Below are positions 56,201 to 64,000 of a DNA stretch of 64,000 bases, in pieces. The notes beneath the pieces are model-generated. The model saw only the letters and a list, made by a program, of their open reading frames with translations, did not search any database and was not told the DNA's origin. The stretch is from assembly GCA_946965045.2 (NCBI GenBank), contig OX337230.1, positions 434,001 through 498,000 on the forward strand. The letters are read 5' to 3'. Position 1 is the first letter of the stretch, and the number at the start of each line of letters is the position of its first letter. This DNA is from Epithemia pelagica. Taxonomy: Eukaryota; Protista; Bacillariophyta. A program made the position numbers and the translations under genes.

Positions 56201-59200
56201 GTCATGTCTGTATTTCCGTACGGTACGTTGGAAAACATGGCCATCTTGTATGTTTTCAAGACATTTATTCGGTGTATACGGGCGATACGGGTCGTCATCA
56301 CATAATATTGTTTTATCCTTGGAAGTGGCTTCAGGATCTTGCAAGACCCGTCGAAGTTGATGCACAAAATCAAACATAACGGTATCAACGGACTTCTCGC
56401 TGTCTGGAACAATTATATCCTTTTTGGTTGTAACTTCCATTGGGACGGTGACAATCTTTGGTTTGGGGAAATCGAAACCTCTTTTTTCGAATTTCGCCAT
56501 GAATCCCTTTCGCCGTGGATGTTTTTTATTGAAAAAACGTGAGCCACAACACTCGTTAGTATAATCAATCCATGCCAAAATGGCATCGAACATGAACTTC
56601 GGACACCCAGCATTCCGGAGGAGTATGGCCAACCTCAATAAAGCCTTGTCATCTTCGGAAAATCGGAGACCATTTTGTTCAAGATACACTGGAAATTCCA
56701 AAGGATTGTCTTTTGAGTTTTCATCGATAACATGGTCATCACTGGATGAACCTTTGCCTTGGACATCCTCATTATCATCGACAGTTTGTTGGAGACAATA
56801 TTGGTAATCTTCATTTTCCTGTACATGAACGGGCAGATTGTCGTTGATATTTGTGGTTATTTCTTCGTTACTATCATCCACAGGTGAGTCATTCTCATCC
56901 GAATCGGATGAAGCATCAGCGATACTGTGGTGTACAACCGGGTTTTTTTTCGATTGTCGTTGACGTTTATTGTTGGTAGAGGATACGTTGTTTTGTCCAG
57001 CGCCCATTCGTTGTCGTTTTTTCTTTTTTTTTTCTAATTCATTTTTCTTTCTCTTCCGTTCTTTCTCTTCTTCCTTTTTCTTTCGTCTCTCTTCTTCTTC
57101 TTTGCACCATTGTTTCCACTCTGCAACTACTTTTTTCCATTTCTCCGCCATAGTCGAAGCGAAAATAAGATGACCACGAACAGAAACACACAAAGCGGCT
57201 GAGACAAACATAATACCAACCCATTCATTGGCTGTTACCTTTGTAACATTACTGATACCTGCAGAGAAGGATGTTCTGGGGTACCCCCAACTAGAAGAAT
57301 AAGAGAATACCGACTGCCGGTTGGCTCGGAAGAAAGAGCTGTACAAGAAATCAAACATGGCTTTTTCTCTCATTGTCATCAGAGCAAAGAAATCAGTCAT
57401 GATATATTTCATGATCCCCGATTTCAAAGTATGTAATACATCACAACATGCCGCGGTAAAAATCCCATGTGTTTTATTAACACCCTCACCCAAATACAAA
57501 TGGTTGTAGATGTTGTTCACTGGGTATTGTCCAATCTGATGTAAAATTTTCTTGGAATTGTTCACAGGTTCTCTCCAAGGATCCTCTCTCGGATCATCTA
57601 TACCGGGTTGTCCAGAATCGATAACTATTGGGTTTCCTGATGGTTTATCTAAACCAAGCACACGGAGGCTTCTGAAATGGATAGGGTTTTTGAAGAGGTA
57701 GTTGCATGTGGACCATGGGTATCTAGACTCCCGAGGTGTGCAATCACACTGCCAAACAAGCCGGCCAACACTTTGATGATGAGATGCATATCTTCCTGCG
57801 ATGTTATCTTGCGACTTCGCATCTCCCTTTATCATGATCACGGGTAATACTAATCTCACCACCTTCTCGATCCCATGGATCCGTAATCGCATCCACAATC
57901 CACCTCGATTCTGTATTTTCAAAAGAGCTTGGTGTATTCGCGAGAGCTGTGCATGATAATTCCGACAGGGGGACCCCCTATCCAAGATGTATTTGGCCGC
58001 AGATGACTTCCGTTCCATATCTGTGATCAACCCTAAGATGATTTGTCTATTCGGTTTTCGCATTTCAGACATCGTCAAAAATGAAGGTACCATAACAACA
58101 GGTTCCGCATTAAAGCGACCATCCCCTGTCGCGTGTGTCTTATCCATATAAGACAATAAACCAACAACGAAAGTATCGTTGTCATGTCTGTATTTCCGTA
58201 CGGTACGTTGGAAAACATGGCCATCTTGTATGTTTTCAAGACATTTATTCGGTGTATACGGGCGATACGGGTCGTCATCACATAATATTGTTTTATCCTT
58301 GGAAGTGGCTTCAGGATCTTGCAAGACCCGTCGAAGTTGATGCACAAAATCAAACATAACGGTATCAACGGACTTCTCGCTGTCTGGAACAATTATATCC
58401 TTTTTGGTTGTAACTTCCATTGGGACGGTGACAATCTTTGGTTTGGGGAAATCGAAACCTCTTTTTTCGAATTTCGCCATGAATCCCTTTCGCCGTGGAT
58501 GTTTTTTATTGAAAAAACGTGAGCCACAACACTCGTTAGTATAATCAATCCATGCCAAAATGGCATCGAACATGAACTTCGGACACCCAGCATTCCGGAG
58601 GAGTATGGCCAACCTCAATAAAGCCTTGTCATCTTCGGAAAATCGGAGACCATTTTGTTCAAGATACACTGGAAATTCCAAAGGATTGTCTTTTGAGTTT
58701 TCATCGATAACATGGTCATCACTGGATGAACCTTTGCCTTGGACATCCTCATTATCATCGACAGTTTGTTGGAGACAATATTGGTAATCTTCATTTTCCT
58801 GTACATGAACGGGCAGATTGTCGTTGATATTTGTGGTTATTTCTTCGTTACTATCATCCACAGGTGAGTCATTCTCATCCGAATCGGATGAAGCATCAGC
58901 GATACTGTGGTGTACAACCGGGTTTTTTTTCGATTGTCGTTGACGTTTATTGTTGGTAGAGGATACGTTGTTTTGTCCAGCGCCCATTCGTTGTCGTTTT
59001 TTCTTTTTTTTTTCTAATTCATTTTTCTTTCTCTTCCGTTCTTTCTCTTCTTCCTTTTTCTTTCGTCTCTCTTCTTCTTCTTTGCACCATTGTTTCCACT
59101 CTGCAACTACTTTTTTCCATTTCTCCGCCATAGTCGAAGCGAAAATAAGATGACCACGAACAGAAACACACAAAGCGGCTGAGACAAACATAATACCAAC

Positions 59201-61318
59201 CCATTCATTGGCTGTTACCTTTGTAACATTACTGATACCTGCAGAGATGGATGTTCTGGGGTACCCCCAACTAGAAGAATAAGAGAATACCGACTGCCGG
59301 TTGGCTCGGAAGAAAGAGCTGTACAAGAAATCAAACATGGCTTTTTCTCTCATTGTCATCAGAGCAAAGAAATCAGTCATGATATATTTCATGATCCCCG
59401 ATTTCAAAGTATGTAATACATCACAACATGCCGCGGTAAAAATCCCATGTGTTTTATTAACACCCTCACCCAAATACAAATGGTTGTAGATGTTGTTCAC
59501 TGGGTATTGTCCAATCTGATGTAAAATTTTCTTGGAATTGTTCACAGGTTCTCTCCAAGGATCCTCTCTCGGATCATCTATACCGGGTTGTCCAGAATCG
59601 ATAACTATTGGGTTTCCTGATGGTTTATCTAAACCAAGCACACGGAGGCTTCTGAAATGGATAGGGTTTTTGAAGAGGTAGTTGCATGTGGACCATGGGT
59701 ATCTAGACTCCCGAGGTGTGCAATCACACTGCCAAACAAGCCGGCCAACACTTTGATGATGAGATGCATATCTTCCTGCGATGTTATCTTGCGACTTCGC
59801 ATCTCCCTTTATCATGATCACGGGTAATACTAATCTCACCACCTTCTCGATCCCATGGATCCGTAATCGCATCCACAATCCACCTCGATTCTGTATCTTC
59901 AAAAGAGCTTGGTGTATTCGCGAGAGCTGTGCATGATAATTCCGACAGGGGGACCCCCTATCCAAGATGTATTTGGCCGCAGATGACTTCCGTTCCATAT
60001 CTGTGATCAACCCTAAGATGATTTGTCTATTCGGTTTTCGCATTTCAGACATCGTCAAAAATGAAGGTACCATAACAACAGGTTCCGCATTAAAGCGACC
60101 ATCCCCTGTCGCGTGTGTCTTATCCATATAAGACAATAAACCAACAACGAAAGTATCGTTGTCATGTCTGTATTTCCGTACGGTACGTTGGAAAACATGG
60201 CCATCTTGTATGTTTTCAAGACATTTATTCGGTGTATACGGGCGATACGGGTCGTCATCACATAATATTGTTTTATCCTTGGAAGTGGCTTCAGGATCTT
60301 GCAAGACCCGTCGAAGTTGATGCACAAAATCAAACATAACGGTATCAACGGACTTCTCGCTGTCTGGAACAATTATATCCTTTTTGGTTGTAACTTCCAT
60401 TGGGACGGTGACAATCTTTGGTTTGGGGAAATCGAAACCTCTTTTTTCGAATTTCGCCATGAATCCCTTTCGCCGTGGATGTTTTTTATTGAAAAAACGT
60501 GAGCCACAACACTCGTTAGTATAATCAATCCATGCCAAAATGGCATCGAACATGAACTTCGGACACCCAGCATTCCGGAGGAGTATGGCCAACCTCAATA
60601 AAGCCTTGTCATCTTCGGAAAATCGGAGACCATTTTGTTCAAGATACACTGGAAATTCCAAAGGATTGTCTTTTGAGTTTTCATCGATAACATGGTCATC
60701 ACTGGATGAACCTTTGCCTTGGACATCCTCATTATCATCGACAGTTTGTTGGAGCCCATCATCATGATCTGCTGGTGGTCCCTCTTCTTGGTCCTCGTCT
60801 GATTCTTCCTCATTCTCAGATGACAGCAAGGAATGAGCAATATTTGTACTATTCCGACATGGCTGTCTCACGATGGGTTGTTTTTGTGTAGTGGGTTGCA
60901 GATCCTCTCTTTCCTCATCTTCTCGATCGTCCGCCCAGGGTATCCCTACAGCACCATCGTCGGTTCCTCCATTTTCTGAAATCCCTACAGCACTATCATC
61001 GGTTCCTTCATTTTCTAAATGATTTCCCTGATCTTTATCATGAGAGGTATTGTTCTCGACACCAGCAGTTTCGTGGCATATCATGGACGATTCGTGCTCC
61101 AATGCATGTGAGACCAAAGTGTCGTTTTCTCTTTTGGTGCTACAAACCCTTTCATGTTGGAAGATCCCGGAGACGTGGAATAATACATGACAATTTCTAC
61201 ATTTACGACATGGAAGAATGGAACCACCTGTACTCGCATTTGGATCTTCGCCTACCCATTGATCTTTGATGACGGAAGGTTTATTTCTTAAATACCTTGG
61301 TTTACAAGGACGGCCCAT
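53228..61318 (-). CDS. Plavaka-type transposase 2 with an in-frame triplication of a 660-aa segment (2696 aa)
   Basis: CRKC...HERVC Zn motif; LSYMDKTHATGDGRFNAEP; IKGDAKSQD; CDVLHTLKSG; IPKYHNLVH..FGPVKISDTESEESNHKEIVK. Confidence 0.85.
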   Translation of the reverse strand: MGRPCKPRYLRNKPSVIKDQWVGEDPNASTGGSILPCRKCRNCHVLFHVSGIFQHERVCSTKRENDTLVSHALEHESSMICHETAGVENNTSHDKDQGNHLENEGTDDSAVGISENGGTDDGAVGIPWADDREDEEREDLQPTTQKQPIVRQPCRNSTNIAHSLLSSENEEESDEDQEEGPPADHDDGLQQTVDDNEDVQGKGSSSDDHVIDENSKDNPLEFPVYLEQNGLRFSEDDKALLRLAILLRNAGCPKFMFDAILAWIDYTNECCGSRFFNKKHPRRKGFMAKFEKRGFDFPKPKIVTVPMEVTTKKDIIVPDSEKSVDTVMFDFVHQLRRVLQDPEATSKDKTILCDDDPYRPYTPNKCLENIQDGHVFQRTVRKYRHDNDTFVVGLLSYMDKTHATGDGRFNAEPVVMVPSFLTMSEMRKPNRQIILGLITDMERKSSAAKYILDRGSPCRNYHAQLSRIHQALLKIQNRGGLWMRLRIHGIEKVVRLVLPVIMIKGDAKSQDNIAGRYASHHQSVGRLVWQCDCTPRESRYPWSTCNYLFKNPIHFRSLRVLGLDKPSGNPIVIDSGQPGIDDPREDPWREPVNNSKKILHQIGQYPVNNIYNHLYLGEGVNKTHGIFTAACCDVLHTLKSGIMKYIMTDFFALMTMREKAMFDFLYSSFFRANRQSVFSYSSSWGYPRTSISAGISNVTKVTANEWVGIMFVSAALCVSVRGHLIFASTMAEKWKKVVAEWKQWCKEEEERRKKKEEEKERKRKKNELEKKKKKRQRMGAGQNNVSSTNNKRQRQSKKNPVVHHSIADASSDSDENDSPVDDSNEEITTNINDNLPVHVQENEDYQYCLQQTVDDNEDVQGKGSSSDDHVIDENSKDNPLEFPVYLEQNGLRFSEDDKALLRLAILLRNAGCPKFMFDAILAWIDYTNECCGSRFFNKKHPRRKGFMAKFEKRGFDFPKPKIVTVPMEVTTKKDIIVPDSEKSVDTVMFDFVHQLRRVLQDPEATSKDKTILCDDDPYRPYTPNKCLENIQDGHVFQRTVRKYRHDNDTFVVGLLSYMDKTHATGDGRFNAEPVVMVPSFLTMSEMRKPNRQIILGLITDMERKSSAAKYILDRGSPCRNYHAQLSRIHQALLKIQNRGGLWMRLRIHGIEKVVRLVLPVIMIKGDAKSQDNIAGRYASHHQSVGRLVWQCDCTPRESRYPWSTCNYLFKNPIHFRSLRVLGLDKPSGNPIVIDSGQPGIDDPREDPWREPVNNSKKILHQIGQYPVNNIYNHLYLGEGVNKTHGIFTAACCDVLHTLKSGIMKYIMTDFFALMTMREKAMFDFLYSSFFRANRQSVFSYSSSWGYPRTSFSAGISNVTKVTANEWVGIMFVSAALCVSVRGHLIFASTMAEKWKKVVAEWKQWCKEEEERRKKKEEEKERKRKKNELEKKKKKRQRMGAGQNNVSSTNNKRQRQSKKNPVVHHSIADASSDSDENDSPVDDSNEEITTNINDNLPVHVQENEDYQYCLQQTVDDNEDVQGKGSSSDDHVIDENSKDNPLEFPVYLEQNGLRFSEDDKALLRLAILLRNAGCPKFMFDAILAWIDYTNECCGSRFFNKKHPRRKGFMAKFEKRGFDFPKPKIVTVPMEVTTKKDIIVPDSEKSVDTVMFDFVHQLRRVLQDPEATSKDKTILCDDDPYRPYTPNKCLENIQDGHVFQRTVRKYRHDNDTFVVGLLSYMDKTHATGDGRFNAEPVVMVPSFLTMSEMRKPNRQIILGLITDMERKSSAAKYILDRGSPCRNYHAQLSRIHQALLKIQNRGGLWMRLRIHGIEKVVRLVLPVIMIKGDAKSQDNIAGRYASHHQSVGRLVWQCDCTPRESRYPWSTCNYLFKNPIHFRSLRVLGLDKPSGNPIVIDSGQPGIDDPREDPWREPVNNSKKILHQIGQYPVNNIYNHLYLGEGVNKTHGIFTAACCDVLHTLKSGIMKYIMTDFFALMTMREKAMFDFLYSSFFRANRQSVFSYSSSWGYPRTSFSAGISNVTKVTANEWVGIMFVSAALCVSVRGHLIFASTMAEKWKKVVAEWKQWCKEEEERRKKKEEEKERKRKKNELEKKKKKRQRMGAGQNNVSSTNNKRQRQSKKNPVVHHSIADASSDSDENDSPVDDSNEEITTNINDNLPVHVQENEDYQYCEPDIEVQVTSETVFDDDPVAYASIWDEGEREPYLDFLFLFETILCFNSWTRMDRFWDSDPRSPAAKETVRRSVESVKIMMDGIRRYAPRLDKKGKLMCNGWMIPKYHNLVHIVRQVSNFGPVKISDTESEESNHKEIVKLNAKTVQKRGKGVFDSQLGDNIWQMQAWDLLCKASGIKQDDVELLKNGQSPTIMARKKRSQVYHSHENDDEDDEEDRCKFKGRGTTIQIQLVRSGRTESPVVKCTYKYISKTNTGMILPKVILDFLVKHASALFTQMNIIQQNDTSDYIMIHGCTEVKFRDENIGGIRCHPNYQSEGPWRDWVKAWIPRHQRTPFTDTATGNQGTDNILVLCQVLCFIRRPWEQRESAGHMQEQGNDARTSRIHQEKSRDVTHALLRTTYRRSDKDKEKSSVLFIRWSKAFTRNSRVPDLVLVPITNIVELVGVIDENPEMIQHRDKVPEYLHSDAEREILLEYTRNHRNYSDIVWEVLPASKWANEFNDSASDSLRARYTSSSDPSQTTTTDRNTAGS
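54815..60754. repeat. Three head-to-tail 1980-bp copies (54815-56794, 56795-58774, 58775-60754)
   Basis: The junction TTGGAG|ACAATATTGG occurs twice; only 2 variant positions were noticed among the copies. Confidence 0.97.
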
Positions 61319-61751
61319 GGTATTGGTTTTGTGGTCCTTAGTCTTTGTGGAATGAGAATCATTGCTAATGTGACGACTGACACGAATGGTTTCGATTTTA
61401 TGGTCGCCCGGCTCGCTTTTTCATTGGTTGTGGATGGATATGGTTTACCCCCACCCCCCGCCCATCCACCCATACTATTCTACATAAACTATGAGTCTAT
61501 CGGTACATGGGATCGGAACGAACACAAATGCCCATGTGGCATTGGTCGTTTGAATGTATGATTGTCGCCTGTCGATTTGGTTCAATTCAAAAAAAACCGG
61601 GTGTACTCGGAACAAACGGCTCGACTTTTGAAAGTTGATAGTCGAAAGGTAAGACCTCAATGAAAACGGATTGGCATAACATTCTCCTCTTGTTGCACCC
61701 AAAACTCATTGCATTGTCAACACTTCTTATATCAGGTATACTCTTCTTGTC

Positions 61752-64000
61752 ATGTCGCCCCCTTCTGAAACAAACCAGGGGACCAAGAATAGAAAACAAG
61801 GAAGCCAACGCTGTGGTGATCCAAAGCAAGATAAAAAGGACAACCAAAACAGTAAGAATTCAGCGTTCCATGGTTTATCTGGTGGCAAAGATGCTGGAGA
61901 AAGCAGTACCGATGATGAAACAGACGACGAAGAAATAACGATCAGAGATGTCAACAACAAGAATAGCAATGATGACCGTAACCAAGAGGATTCAGGATCC
62001 GTATCTGAAAAGAGTCAGGTAATATTTCAGGAAAGAGGAGGACGGGGAGCTTCATCCAACGAATCCCAGGACCAAGGTAGTACCATGAGCTGTACAGGAA
62101 CCCGTGGTGTTACTAATACAGGAGCACCTATGGAATCCGAACACAATACTGCTGTTATGAATGGAGTCGACCATGGTCAGCGAGTTCCTTATAATGCGAA
62201 TGGAGTTGCTCCATATCCGAATCATACCCATCCTTATCCTCACCAGCAACCAAATCCATTGGTGTTGTCATTTCTTCCTCAAGGGCAACAACAACATCAG
62301 GTCCATACACAGTTCAATTATTCCCAAGCTCCTCTTGGGGGGCAACAACATCATCATTTCCCGGCGGCCTCATCATCTACGATTTATCCACAACAAGGAA
62401 CTGGTATTATGGTGCATCAAGGATACCCACAACAGCAGATGATGTCTGTCCCATACCCACCCAATGGGGGCGTTCTGATGCAAGGAGGCGCTGGTGTTCA
62501 CCAACCACAGCAAACACAGATGCACCATATGGATACAAATAATATTGAGTGCGCAGCTAATGACAATGGTGGTGTGACTGTAATGTCGCACCAAGATGTT
62601 GAAAATATTATGGAAGAGGTTATGGGTGGTGGTGGTGGTGGTGGCGGAGGAGTCAGTCGCGTTTGTAAGTAAGGTGTACTTCCTTTGTTTTGTTTGTGCC
62701 CTATCGGTATTGACTGGTTAGAGTGGAACTCTAATCTGGGTTGATGTGGGTTTGGAAATGTACAATCGAAAAAGATGTGGACTTCTGGATGGATGATGTT
62801 TCCTCACTTTCTGATCTCTCTTGGTCGTCATCATCTCTTGTAGCCATGGAAGTCAGAGGCGATAGCTCAATGGTTGCATCATCTATCTATGGTACTAGTG
62901 ATGGTCAGAGTTCTGGGGCTAATGCAACGTCTGGTGAGAGGGAAAGAAGGAGAGAATACAAGAGGGAAAGAAAGAGAGAACAGCAAAGAAAGAGCAGGAG
63001 CAAATACAAGGATCTACCCTTAGCTTGTCGTACGGATGAGTTCCAGACTTTTGTGCCTGATGTTGCTTGGAGGTACGTGAAGTATTTCTCACTTGCCGAT
63101 GATTGTGATGCAGATGATAATGGATTATGGCATTTGGGGAAGGATCACTTCAAGGCGTATTTCGAACGAGAAAAGATTATTCGTGATGTGGCTAAGGCAA
63201 AGTGGTGGGAAAGGTATTCCCCCCATTTGAGGAAAGAATTCAGACGCAAGAGATCAAATGTTCTACAATCGCTTAGGTTCAGGTTCATGAGTAAGTTGGT
63301 ACTGTCTTGGTGTTATCTTGTTCTCATTCTTGTGGAAAGTTTTGCTCTAACATGAGCCTTCCTGCCTGGCAGAACATTTCTCGTTAAATCTATGGAGAAC
63401 ACATGGTGGTGGAATTGTTCGGCGACAATTCCCTAAGTTATTGGTTGACGATGAAAATCTAGGTCCTATGCCAAGTCTTGAAGAGATGATGCAAATGAGA
63501 GGAGTGAATGGAGACAATGATGCTTATGTTTTCATGTTTGAAGTATTTGGGGGGTCGGTTTATGGAGATGGAATGGTGAGAGATATCATTAATCAAGATA
63601 TTACAGCTAATACACCAGAAGCACAAAAGCAAGCAATATGGAAGGAAGCGATGAGGAAGTTTACTACGAGTGATGAAGCTTTCATTCTCTTGGCTCTTGA
63701 AGATTCATGGGATGCATGGGCTCTGAGGAGCAGACAAGAGTTCAAACAAAAGTTGTACAAAGAAGACCCTGCTTGGTGTCAAGCGCACCAAATTAATGAG
63801 GACATTGATACAGATGGAGTAGAACAATACAAGTATTCAGGTTGTGCAAACAAAAAGGGACGTGGTATGAGTGATATTGGCCTTGATCGTCTTGATGAAT
63901 TGCAGCAGAAGGTGAGGGATGATCGAGAATATGTATCAGTTGATGGACTGTTTCAGAGACAAAATGTGTTCATGGAGAATCTTCTTAAGAAACATCGGGA
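61752..64000 (+). CDS. Transposase-partner gene (multi-exon, runs off the right edge) with a TSDEAF-motif domain
   Basis: ORFs 61752-62672 and 62741-63355 end at GTAAG donors. An open frame from ~63375 to the edge reads ...FTTSDEAFILLALEDSWDAW...GMSDIGLDRLDELQQKVRDDRE. Confidence 0.6.

Larger units (their letters stand above)
30053..64000. mobile_element. Putative giant CACTG-terminated (CMC/Plavaka-type) DNA transposon; only the left end is in the window
   Basis: Begins CACTGCAACTCC exactly where gag homology ends; subterminal repeats; two CMC/Plavaka-like transposases; compositional shift. The right TIR (GGAGTTGCAGTG) was not found in the window. Confidence 0.6.

Noticed and set aside
30053-64000. 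Endogenous giant virus or Polinton/Maverick
   Set aside because: No capsid, packaging ATPase, family B polymerase or retroviral-type integrase motifs were seen; the ends and enzymes are CMC-like.

Overview
Eukaryotic nuclear DNA, most likely from a diatom. This is inferred from the short GT-AG introns, the CoDi-type Ty1/copia element with a half-tRNA-Met PBS, and ASAF-like bipartite presequences. Left part (1-30052): a decaying host-gene region. It holds a MATE transporter, a Sen1-like helicase, a kelch fragment and a 2OG-Fe(II) oxygenase chimera, all with lesions. It also holds a complete but defective copia retrotransposon (237-bp LTRs, GAACA TSD), a 471-bp MITE with a 9-bp TSD, and a 2.84-kb near-identical duplication of a Crinkler/RHS-type NTPase-nuclease gene plus the copia 5' end. 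The second nuclease copy carries an in-frame plastid-type presequence. At 30053 the second copia gag is cut by a CACTG terminus followed by subterminal repeats. From there to the window end (>33.9 kb, no matching right end seen) lies a gene-dense, more AT-rich block. It contains two divergent Plavaka/CMC-type transposases, each head-to-head with a partner gene (one has an in-frame 3 x 1980-bp internal triplication). It also contains a TET/JBP-like dioxygenase, a class III aminotransferase, RING and other Cys-rich proteins, and 105-bp and 170-bp satellite arrays. The best candidate for an undescribed system is a giant cargo-carrying CACTG/Plavaka transposon with possible DNA-modifying enzymes. 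All family calls come from motif recognition by eye; no database searches were run.
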